A stretch of 47,661 nt of DNA from Actinomycetales bacterium mxb001 (GTDB taxonomy: Bacteria; Actinomycetota; Actinomycetes; S36-B12): positions 1 to 47,661 of the forward strand of contig NBNH01000442.1 of assembly GCA_004379115.1 (NCBI GenBank). The letters run 5' to 3'. Under the pieces are notes generated by a model. It was not told where the DNA came from, made no database searches, and saw nothing but the letters and a program-made list of their open reading frames with translations. The translations under genes were made by a program, and so were the position numbers. Position 1 is the first letter of the stretch. Each line of letters starts with the position of its first letter. Below, piece by piece: positions 40,001 through 47,661 of the stretch.

Positions 40001-41569
40001 CTAGATCGCCGTCGGTCCAGACTGCGCACTCCCCCGGTGCCGAGTGAGGGCAAACCCCACGGACATGACCGCCACGAGCGTGACCAGCCACTCGGGGATT
40101 GCTCCCACGCGGTCAGCCACGGTCAACGTGTCGCGCAGCGGGATGCGCTCGACCAGAGCCCCGGTCTGTCCCTCCGCGATCTCCGAGATGACGGAGCCAT
40201 CAGGACCGATGACCGCGCTGATGCCCGACGTTGCTGCCACAAGCACGGACCGTCCGTGCTCGACCGCCCGCAAGCGCGACATGGCCACCTGCTGCTCGGG
40301 TTGCCCCAGCCCCGCAAACGTCGCGTTGTTGGTCTGCACGACAATGACGCGGCCTCCGGCGGTAACCGCATCGTGGACGATGTCGTCATAGGCGACCTCG
40401 AAGCAGATGACGTCACCCACGCGCGCAGGACCGACCATCAGCACTCCCGCCTCCTGACCTGCGGTCATGTCACGGCTCAGGCGATCCAGACGACCGACGA
40501 GGGGGGCGACGATCGGGCGAAGCGGGATGTACTCGCCGAAGGGCACCGGATGCCTCTTGACGTAGAAGTCACCGGGACCGGTCTGCGGCGACCAGGCGAT
40601 ACCGACGTTGGCGATCCGCGTCGGATCCCCGGGTGCCTCGATGATCGCGCCGACAAGGATCGGCGCGTCGATCGCACGAGCGGATGCCGTGATGGCCGCG
40701 GCGACGTCCGCATCACGGTAGGGATCGATGTCGACGGCGTTCTCGGGCCAGATGACGAGTTCGGGTGCGGGTTCGTCTCCGGCCGCTACCGACTCGGCCA
40801 GACGCACTGTTTCGCCGATGTGGCGCTGCAACACCTCGCGACGATCATCCGAAACGGAGATTCCGGTATTGGGCACGCCCCCTTGGATGACGGCGGCGGT
40901 CACGTCAGCAGGTCCACCCTCGGCCTGTCCCGTGGTGGGACGGGGAATGAGGATGCCGGATAGTGCGATCACGATGAGGCCGCCGAGCGCGGCCGCGACC
41001 CAGCGTCGGTGGTCAACCGTGCGCAGCGTGAGCACGACCACGATGAAGGCGAGCACTGCTCCGGCCAGTGCTGTCATGAACGTCACCAGCGGGGCTCCCG
41101 CGATAGCGGCCCAGGGGGTGAGTGTCGTCGCCGTCTGCGCGAAGGCCAGCCGGCCCCACGGAAAACCCCCGATGGGCATTCGGTCGCGCAGGGCCTCCTG
41201 GGCAACCCACAGGCAGGCGATCCACAGTGGCCACCAGCGCAGGCGGGTCACCAGCGCCGATCCCCACCCGAGCAGCGCCATCCAGAACGCACAGAGCGCG
41301 ACGAGCAGGATCCAGGCGTCGGACCCGACCACCGACAGCCAGCGCAGCATGATGCCGAAACACACGGCACCTTGGACGAAGCCGAGCAGGGCTCCCCAGC
41401 TCGCGCGCACCCGGTAGGTCGCCAGCGCCAGCATGGCCACCGCCACGGGTGCCAGGAGCGATGCCCCTACCGGCGGAAAGGCCAGGGCCAGCAGGATGCC
41501 CGAGCCGAGCGCCAGGAGGGCGCGTGCCCAACCGGGAAGGTTCATGGTCGTAGGACGCGCGAGGGTCAC
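40001..41569 (-). CDS. lnt: Apolipoprotein N-acyltransferase
   Basis: GGFPWG, WPEN (E), [10 protein letters not shown] (K), ICFEVAY (C); start GTG 41569 (coupled) or ATG 41545. Confidence 0.93.
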   Translation of the reverse strand: MTLARPTTMNLPGWARALLALGSGILLALAFPPVGASLLAPVAVAMLALATYRVRASWGALLGFVQGAVCFGIMLRWLSVVGSDAWILLVALCAFWMALLGWGSALVTRLRWWPLWIACLWVAQEALRDRMPIGGFPWGRLAFAQTATTLTPWAAIAGAPLVTFMTALAGAVLAFIVVVLTLRTVDHRRWVAAALGGLIVIALSGILIPRPTTGQAEGGPADVTAAVIQGGVPNTGISVSDDRREVLQRHIGETVRLAESVAAGDEPAPELVIWPENAVDIDPYRDADVAAAITASARAIDAPILVGAIIEAPGDPTRIANVGIAWSPQTGPGDFYVKRHPVPFGEYIPLRPIVAPLVGRLDRLSRDMTAGQEAGVLMVGPARVGDVICFEVAYDDIVHDAVTAGGRVIVVQTNNATFAGLGQPEQQVAMSRLRAVEHGRSVLVAATSGISAVIGPDGSVISEIAEGQTGALVERIPLRDTLTVADRVGAIPEWLVTLVAVMSVGFALTRHRGSAQSGPTAI

Positions 41570-43167
41570 TCCCAGGCTCCCGCGTCGAAGAGGACGTCGC
41601 CGGCGCGCACCGTCCGCCAGCACGTCGGCAGGTCACGTCCCGGACTGATGTCGGGCAGTCCGGGCGTACCCGACCGAGGATCGGTGCTCCACGCTGCCAC
41701 CCGTTCGTCGGGGGCATGGACGACGAGGTCGGTGGGCTGCCACACCGCGTAGGTAGCGGGTGCGCCAACGGCGAGCACACCGGGTTCGCGTCCCTCGTCT
41801 CCGGCCGCTCGTCGACCGCCGCGAGTGTGAGCCGCGAACGCTGCACGAACGCTCACCCGGTGGACCGGAGTGCGATGGAAGGCAGCGGCGCGCACCGAAC
41901 CCCACGGATCCAAGGGAGTGACGGGCGAGTCCGAGCCCAGGGCCAGCGTGACGCCCGAGGTCACGAGTGCGGAGAATGGATTGAGTTCGGCGGCGCGGTC
42001 ACGGCCCAGGCGTGCGACATACATGCCCGATTCGCCGCCCCACTCGGCGTCGAAGGCGCTCTGCACGCTCGCGACCATGCCCCAGTCGGCCATCGCTCGA
42101 ATCTGTGCGGCGTCCGGCATCTCGACATGCTCGAGCCGATGTCGAGTGCGGATGATCGCGTCGGCGCCGACCTCGGCCACTGCCTGGGCATAGCCGGTCA
42201 GGATGATGTCGTGGCCGCCATCTCCGATGACGTGGAAACCGGCCTGAGTGCCGCGCCGAGCGGCCTCCGCGACATGGAGTGCCACCTCGTCGACATCAAG
42301 GTAGGCGCGTCCGGTGGAATCGGGGGCATCGGCATAGGGCTGGCGAAGGCACGCCGTGCGCGAGCCCAGGGAGCCATCGACGAACAGATCGCCGGCCGCA
42401 CCACGCGCACCGAGCTCGCGCGCGTGATCATGTCCGTGGAGTTCGCCCCAATAGCCCACGACTTCCGGCATCCCGGGCTCCGTCGACATCGCCAGGAGCG
42501 CCTGCAGATCGGCCGGGCTGCTGATCGTCGGTCCACCCATCTCATGCACCGACGCGATTCCCAATTCGACAGCGCGTCGAAGCGTCGCCCGCTGGGCCAT
42601 ATCTCGCTGACTGGCGCTCACCTGCGCCAACGCCGCATCGCGCACCCGATGGTGCGCGGCCGAGGACAAAGGCCCGTCGGCATCGTAACCGGGCACATCC
42701 ACCAAATCCGGATGCTGGCGCCGTAGCGCGGTGGACACGACCGCCGAGTGCACATCGACGCGACTGAGGTAGCAGGGTCGATCGCCCACCACCCGGTCGA
42801 TATCGCTGCTGCCCGGAGGCCTGCGCTCCGGCCAGTCGGTTTCGTCCCAGCCGTGGCCGAGGAGGATGCCATCGCCGGCGGCGTGACGACCCAGGCGCTC
42901 GAGCATCTCGGCCAAGCTCGAGCATCCGGTGAGATCCAGGCCGGTGAGCATCAACCCGGTGGCAGTCGCGTGCACGTGGGCATCAACGAAGGCCGGGGTG
43001 ACGAGGGCGCCCCGCAGATCCACGACGCCATCGGCCTCACCGCGGTAGAGATCGGCACCGGCCTCATCGCCGATCCAGGCGATATCACCGTCGACCACCA
43101 GCATCGCTGACGCAAAGGGATCGTTCGGGCTGTGGATGACTCCTCCAACGAGGAGGTGGCTGGGCAT
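41566..43167 (-). CDS. YtcJ-like amidohydrolase
   Basis: PAFVDAHVH, DGSLGSRTA, FHVIGD, RLEH, GSDSP. Confidence 0.9.
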   Translation of the reverse strand: MPSHLLVGGVIHSPNDPFASAMLVVDGDIAWIGDEAGADLYRGEADGVVDLRGALVTPAFVDAHVHATATGLMLTGLDLTGCSSLAEMLERLGRHAAGDGILLGHGWDETDWPERRPPGSSDIDRVVGDRPCYLSRVDVHSAVVSTALRRQHPDLVDVPGYDADGPLSSAAHHRVRDAALAQVSASQRDMAQRATLRRAVELGIASVHEMGGPTISSPADLQALLAMSTEPGMPEVVGYWGELHGHDHARELGARGAAGDLFVDGSLGSRTACLRQPYADAPDSTGRAYLDVDEVALHVAEAARRGTQAGFHVIGDGGHDIILTGYAQAVAEVGADAIIRTRHRLEHVEMPDAAQIRAMADWGMVASVQSAFDAEWGGESGMYVARLGRDRAAELNPFSALVTSGVTLALGSDSPVTPLDPWGSVRAAAFHRTPVHRVSVRAAFAAHTRGGRRAAGDEGREPGVLAVGAPATYAVWQPTDLVVHAPDERVAAWSTDPRSGTPGLPDISPGRDLPTCWRTVRAGDVLFDAGAWE

Positions 43168-43172
43168 CGTCG

Positions 43173-44324
43173 CTACCTGGTGAGATCCCTGCCGATGACC
43201 ATCCGCTGCACCTGGTTGGTGCCCTCGACGATCTGCAGCACCTTTGCCTCGCGAAAGTAGCGCTCCACGGGGAAGTCCTGTGTGTAGCCGTATCCCCCGT
43301 GCACCTGGATCGCGTCGGTCGTCACGCGCATCGCAGCGTCGGTGGCGAAGAGCTTGGCCATCGCCGCCTCGCGTGAGAACGTCCTACCGGCGTCCTTCAG
43401 GCGTGCAGCTTCCAGGTAGAGGGCACGCGCCGCCGCCACCTGCGTCGCCATATCGGCCAGCATGAACTGCAGTCCCTGGAAGTCCGCGATAGGTCGACCG
43501 AACTGTCGGCGGTCGCGGGCGTAGGACACGGCGGCATCAAGGGCGGCCTGAGCAAGGCCCACAGCACAGGCCGCGATGCCGAGCCGACCGGCATCCAGGG
43601 CCGAGAGTGCGATGGCGAAACCCGTGCCCTCCGCTCCGATGCGACGCTCCTGCGACACGCGCACCCCGTCGAGGATGACAGCCGCCGTACGGGAGGCATT
43701 CGCGCCCATCTTGCGCTCGGGGGGTGCACTGGAGAGCCCGTCAGATTCAGCGGTCACCAGCAGGCAGGTGATGCCGCGATGACCGTCATCAGAGGTGCGC
43801 GTCATCACCGAGTAGAAATCGGCGGCGCCACCATGCGTGATCCAGGCCTTCGTTCCGGTGACCACGTAGTCGTCTCCGTCGCGCTCTGCGCGCGTGATCA
43901 ACGCGGCCGCATCGGATCCCGACTGGGGCTCAGACAGGCAGTAGGCACCAAGTGCCTCTCCCGACAGCATGAATGGGAGCCACTCCTGCTGCTGGGCGCG
44001 GGTGCCCGCGGTGGCCATCGGATAGGTGGCAAGACCGTGCACACTCACGCTGATGCCCACGCTCAACCACGCGCGGCTCACCTCCTCGAGGACCTGCAGG
44101 TAGACCTCATAGGGCTGCCCGCCCCCACCGAACTCCTCGGGGAAGGGCAGGGACAGCAGGCCCGCCTGGCCGAGGGTCCGAAGGACGTCGCGAGGGAAGC
44201 GTCCCGCCGCTTCGTCGTCCGCTGCCCTCGGCAGCAACTCGGCACTCGCGATCTCGCGAGTCAACCCCAGCAGGTCGTGAGCCTCAGGAGTCGGCAGTGC
44301 GCGCTCGATGACCGGCGCACTCAC
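43173..44324 (-). CDS. Acyl-CoA dehydrogenase
   Basis: CLSEPQSGSD, GTKAWIT, RRQFG.PI..FQ, QVHGGYGY, IVEGTNQ. Confidence 0.93.
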   Translation of the reverse strand: MSAPVIERALPTPEAHDLLGLTREIASAELLPRAADDEAAGRFPRDVLRTLGQAGLLSLPFPEEFGGGGQPYEVYLQVLEEVSRAWLSVGISVSVHGLATYPMATAGTRAQQQEWLPFMLSGEALGAYCLSEPQSGSDAAALITRAERDGDDYVVTGTKAWITHGGAADFYSVMTRTSDDGHRGITCLLVTAESDGLSSAPPERKMGANASRTAAVILDGVRVSQERRIGAEGTGFAIALSALDAGRLGIAACAVGLAQAALDAAVSYARDRRQFGRPIADFQGLQFMLADMATQVAAARALYLEAARLKDAGRTFSREAAMAKLFATDAAMRVTTDAIQVHGGYGYTQDFPVERYFREAKVLQIVEGTNQVQRMVIGRDLTR

Positions 44325-45430
44325 GGCTCGACCACCACGAGGTCGCGCGGGCGCTGGTTGAGCACCACCGGACCGTCACTGCCGCACACCACGATGTCCT
44401 CGATGCGCGCTCCAAAACGACCGGGAATGTAGTAGCCCGGCTCGACACTGAACGCCATGCCCTCTTCGAGAGGCAGATCGTTGCCCGCCACGATGTAGGG
44501 CTCCTCATGCGTTTCAAGTCCGATGCCGTGGCCGGTTCGATGGATGAAGAAGTCACCCAAGCCTGCGCCTTCGAGCCAATCCCGGGCGACGGCGTCGACG
44601 GACTCACAGGGCACCCCGGGTCGCACAGAGGCAGTAGCCGCCATCTGGGCAGCCAGGAGCTGCGCGTAGGCATCCAGGTAATCCGCGCCGGGATCCCCGA
44701 GAGCGTAGGTGCGAGTCTCATCGCTGCAGTAGCCCTCGGGGGTGGTCCCCCCGATGTCGACGACCACGGCGTCACCGTGCTCCAGGCGGCGATCGGAGAC
44801 CTCGTGATGGGGGCTGGCTCCGTTAGGTCCGGACGCCACGATGACGAAGTCGGCACGCACATGGCCCTCGGCAACGATCAGCTCGGCGATGTCGCGTCCG
44901 ATCTCGCGCTCGGTGCGTCCCTCGCGCAGAAGGCTCGGAACAGCGGCGTGGACGCGGTCGATGGCATCAGCGGCCCCCTGCAGGGCGCTCACTTCGGCGG
45001 GGCTCTTGCGCATGCGCATGGCATTGACGACCCGCCCAGCTGTCTGCTGCTCGACGTCAGGCATGGCCGCACGCAGGGCCAGGACCTTGGAGGCCCACAT
45101 GTGATCAGCGAGGCCGACGGCGTGGACGCGGCCGAGGAGCGACGCCACCAGGGCGTAGGGGTCGTCGGTCTCCTGCCACGTGGCGATGGAGATGCCCAGT
45201 GGGCCTGCGGGGCTCGCCTTCGCGGCTGCGAGTTCCAGCGCCGGCACCACCAGCACCGGGTCTCCGGCGGAGCGAACGACCAGGCAGGTGAGGCGCTCCA
45301 GGGGAATGGCGTCGTAGCCCAAGAGGTACCTCAGGTCGGGTCCCGGCGTGATGAGCAGGGCGTCGAGCCCCACGCCGTGGGCGGCCGAGGAGGCCGCGGT
45401 GATCCGTGTCGCGTAGTCGGCGTCCAGCAT
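44321..45430 (-). CDS. Xaa-Pro peptidase (M24B, PepE/PepQ-like)
   Basis: DIGG...YCSD.TRT, HRTGHGIGLETHE.PY, FSVEPG, RIED. Confidence 0.92.
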   Translation of the reverse strand: MLDADYATRITAASSAAHGVGLDALLITPGPDLRYLLGYDAIPLERLTCLVVRSAGDPVLVVPALELAAAKASPAGPLGISIATWQETDDPYALVASLLGRVHAVGLADHMWASKVLALRAAMPDVEQQTAGRVVNAMRMRKSPAEVSALQGAADAIDRVHAAVPSLLREGRTEREIGRDIAELIVAEGHVRADFVIVASGPNGASPHHEVSDRRLEHGDAVVVDIGGTTPEGYCSDETRTYALGDPGADYLDAYAQLLAAQMAATASVRPGVPCESVDAVARDWLEGAGLGDFFIHRTGHGIGLETHEEPYIVAGNDLPLEEGMAFSVEPGYYIPGRFGARIEDIVVCGSDGPVVLNQRPRDLVVVEP

Positions 45431-45485
45431 GCTGCCACCGTACCCCGCGACCAGGGCAGGCGACGGGCATGCGGGACCATGGGCC

Positions 45486-46403
45486 GTGGCCGCGCTGCTC
45501 CTCGACAGTGCCTCGCTGTACTACCGCGCGTATTTCGCGCTTCCGGAGACGATCGTCGGTCCCGATGGCACCCCGGTGAATGCGGTGCGGGGTTTCCTCG
45601 AGACCGTTGCCGCTCTGGTCCGCGATCGTGGAGCTACCGGTATCGCCGCCTGCTGGGATGACGACTGGCGCCCTCAGTGGCGCGTCGACCTCGTCCCCTC
45701 CTACAAGACGCATCGCGTGCTCGAGGAGCCCGATGCCGACGAGGAGGGCGAGGAGGAGATACCCGACACGCTCGCCCACCAGGTCGACATCCTCCGCGAA
45801 CTCTTGCCTGCTCTCGGCATTCCCGTGCTCGGTGCCGCCGGCTACGAGGCCGACGACGTCATTGCGGGTCTCGCTCACCACATTTCTGGTCCCGTCGATA
45901 TTGCGTCGGGCGACCGCGATCTGGTGCAACTCGTGGATGACCGCGTGACGCTTCTCTTCACGGGTGGCACATCAGCGAGTCGGGGCGGACGCCCGTGGCA
46001 GGTCATGACGCCCGCCGACACGCAGGCGAAGTTCGGGGTGGATCCGCGGCGCTACGCCGATCTCGCCATCCTGCGCGGGGACCCCAGCGATGGTCTTCCG
46101 GGTGTCCGGGGAATCGGTGAGAAGACGGCGGCCGCCCTCGTCCAGGCTTTCGGTGACGTCGAAGGCGTGCTCGCAGCAGCCGCGGACCCGCAGTCCTCGC
46201 GTCCGATGACGCCCGCCCTTCGCCAGCGCCTCATCGAGGCCCAGGATGAGGTCCGCCGTGCGGAGAAGGTGGTTCGACTGCGCCCGGACTCACGCTGGAG
46301 CCAACCCGATCTGACCGTCCGCCCGCAGCCGGGCGCCATCGACCTCGCCGAGGCCTGGGGCGTAGGGGCGGCGGCCCGCCGACTGATCGACGTCGTTACG
46401 TGA
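45486..46403 (+). CDS. Stand-alone 5'-3' exonuclease/flap endonuclease
   Basis: LDSASLYYRAYF, EADDV, SGDRDL, GDPSDGLPGV.GIGEKTA; start GTG 45486. Confidence 0.9.
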   Translation: MAALLLDSASLYYRAYFALPETIVGPDGTPVNAVRGFLETVAALVRDRGATGIAACWDDDWRPQWRVDLVPSYKTHRVLEEPDADEEGEEEIPDTLAHQVDILRELLPALGIPVLGAAGYEADDVIAGLAHHISGPVDIASGDRDLVQLVDDRVTLLFTGGTSASRGGRPWQVMTPADTQAKFGVDPRRYADLAILRGDPSDGLPGVRGIGEKTAAALVQAFGDVEGVLAAAADPQSSRPMTPALRQRLIEAQDEVRRAEKVVRLRPDSRWSQPDLTVRPQPGAIDLAEAWGVGAAARRLIDVVT

Positions 46404-47661
46404 CCGCGGAGTACGCCACGATCCCGCGATCGACCAGGGCCATGGCGGATCTGGCTCGCGCTCGCATGGAATCGTCCACTTCTACTGCGTCGTGGATCTG
46501 ATCCAGCAGGTCGATCACCTGACGCGCCCACCGGACGAAGTCCCCCGCGGCTAGGTCCGACTCCGTGAGGATGCTGGCGAGCCTTCCCCCTTGGACCCAC
46601 CGGTGCATGGCCCAGACAAAACCGAAATCCAGCTCGCGTTGGAAGCGCGCCTCATGCTCGCGCTCGACGGCCTCGAGGTCGCTGCTCAGCGTTGCCGTCG
46701 CCTCTAGCGCCCGCCGAATCTCGCCCCCTGGCAGCCGGGGCGACTCGTCGCGCTGTCGACCTTCGTAGACGATGCCCGCGACCACGCTGGCCAAACCGGG
46801 CGGGTCCAGAGTCGACCAGAGGCCCTCGCGTAACGCCTGCGCCACCAGGAGATCGATGTCGGAATAGATGCCGCTTAGCAGGTCGCCATCGGCCGTCACG
46901 ACAAGATCAGAGTCGTCTCGGCGTAGGTAGCCAAGTTCCAGGAGTACGTCGCAGACTCGGTCGAACTGCCGGGCGATGGAGTGTGTCCGGGAATCCACTC
47001 GTCGCTGTAAGGCGGCCGTCTCCCCTTGCAGCCGGTAGAAGCGCTCTGACCATCGCGCGTGCGCCTCTCGGTCCGCGCAACCGTGGCAGGGATGCCGGCG
47101 CAGTTGCGCCCGCAACCCGTTGATGAGCTCGTCGGAGCCCGGGTCACGCGGAGCCTTGCGTGGGCGGTGCCCGGCGGCTTCCTCGGCGAAGGGGCGAAGG
47201 CGCGTGGCCAGAGCCTTGCGCTCCTTGGTGGACCGGGAGTCAAGATCCTTGGCGAGCTTGATGCGACCCAGCACCGGGGGCGCCGATCCCAGATCGGGGG
47301 CGGACACACGACGGAACTGCCGATCCAGGGTGACGACACCGATGCGCGCATGCAGGGCGTCGTCAGCTGCCTCCACGACGACGACAGGACCCCATCGACG
47401 ACCGGCGGGCAGGGCGATGACGTCTCCGCGTCGCAGTTCGCGCAATGCCTCTTCCAGGCCTGACTTCTGGGAGCGGCCTCGATCGCGCGTCGCCTGCTTC
47501 TCGGCCTCTCGGATCGACTGGCGGAGTTCGGCGTACTCCGAGAAGTCGCCCAGGTGGCAGGACATCGCGGTCAGGTAGCCGGCCATGGCCTCTTCATTGC
47601 GACGGATCTGGGCAGCCATGCCGACGACCGCGCGGTCAGCTTGGAACTGCGCGAAGGATGT
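46396..47661 (-). CDS. helY: Ski2-like DEAD/DEAH helicase HelY, C-terminal part (5' outside window)
   Basis: Frame open to window edge (SFAQFQADRAVVG); HPCHGC..RE.H; L.ELGY; AGDFVRW. Confidence 0.88.
   Translation of the reverse strand, partial: TSFAQFQADRAVVGMAAQIRRNEEAMAGYLTAMSCHLGDFSEYAELRQSIREAEKQATRDRGRSQKSGLEEALRELRRGDVIALPAGRRWGPVVVVEAADDALHARIGVVTLDRQFRRVSAPDLGSAPPVLGRIKLAKDLDSRSTKERKALATRLRPFAEEAAGHRPRKAPRDPGSDELINGLRAQLRRHPCHGCADREAHARWSERFYRLQGETAALQRRVDSRTHSIARQFDRVCDVLLELGYLRRDDSDLVVTADGDLLSGIYSDIDLLVAQALREGLWSTLDPPGLASVVAGIVYEGRQRDESPRLPGGEIRRALEATATLSSDLEAVEREHEARFQRELDFGFVWAMHRWVQGGRLASILTESDLAAGDFVRWARQVIDLLDQIHDAVEVDDSMRARARSAMALVDRGIVAYSAVT

Overview
High-GC, densely packed actinobacterial core chromosome segment with about 48 CDSs. 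No transposase, integrase, CRISPR array, rRNA or tRNA was recognised. From left to right: a complete suf Fe-S operon (sufR partial, B, D, Rieske ferredoxin, C, S, U, T); ABC-F, enoyl-CoA hydratase and ABC exporter; a minus-strand block (SDR, SURF1, DUF3099, tldE, tldD, TMEM175-like); fabG-fabI-sixA; serB; an operon carrying an Fe-S (6-4) photolyase/cryptochrome; a PHM/DBH-like copper monooxygenase lipoprotein with a coupled membrane protein; a cardiolipin-synthase-like gene and a ManC-PMM fusion; gcvH-garA-merR-nuclease-merR; a tandem glycine riboswitch and gcvP; a CPA1 antiporter; then rbpA, fxsA, ppm1, lnt, amidohydrolase, acyl-CoA dehydrogenase, M24 peptidase, 5'-3' exonuclease and helY (partial). 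The strongest non-coding signal is a 28-bp XerCD dif-like site at 36086-36113, where gene orientation switches from mostly + to mostly -, so the window probably spans the replication terminus. The best candidate for an uncharacterised system is the copper monooxygenase lipoprotein plus membrane partner (23067-25012); I cannot show from sequence alone that it is undescribed. All calls come from motif recognition by eye; no searches were run.
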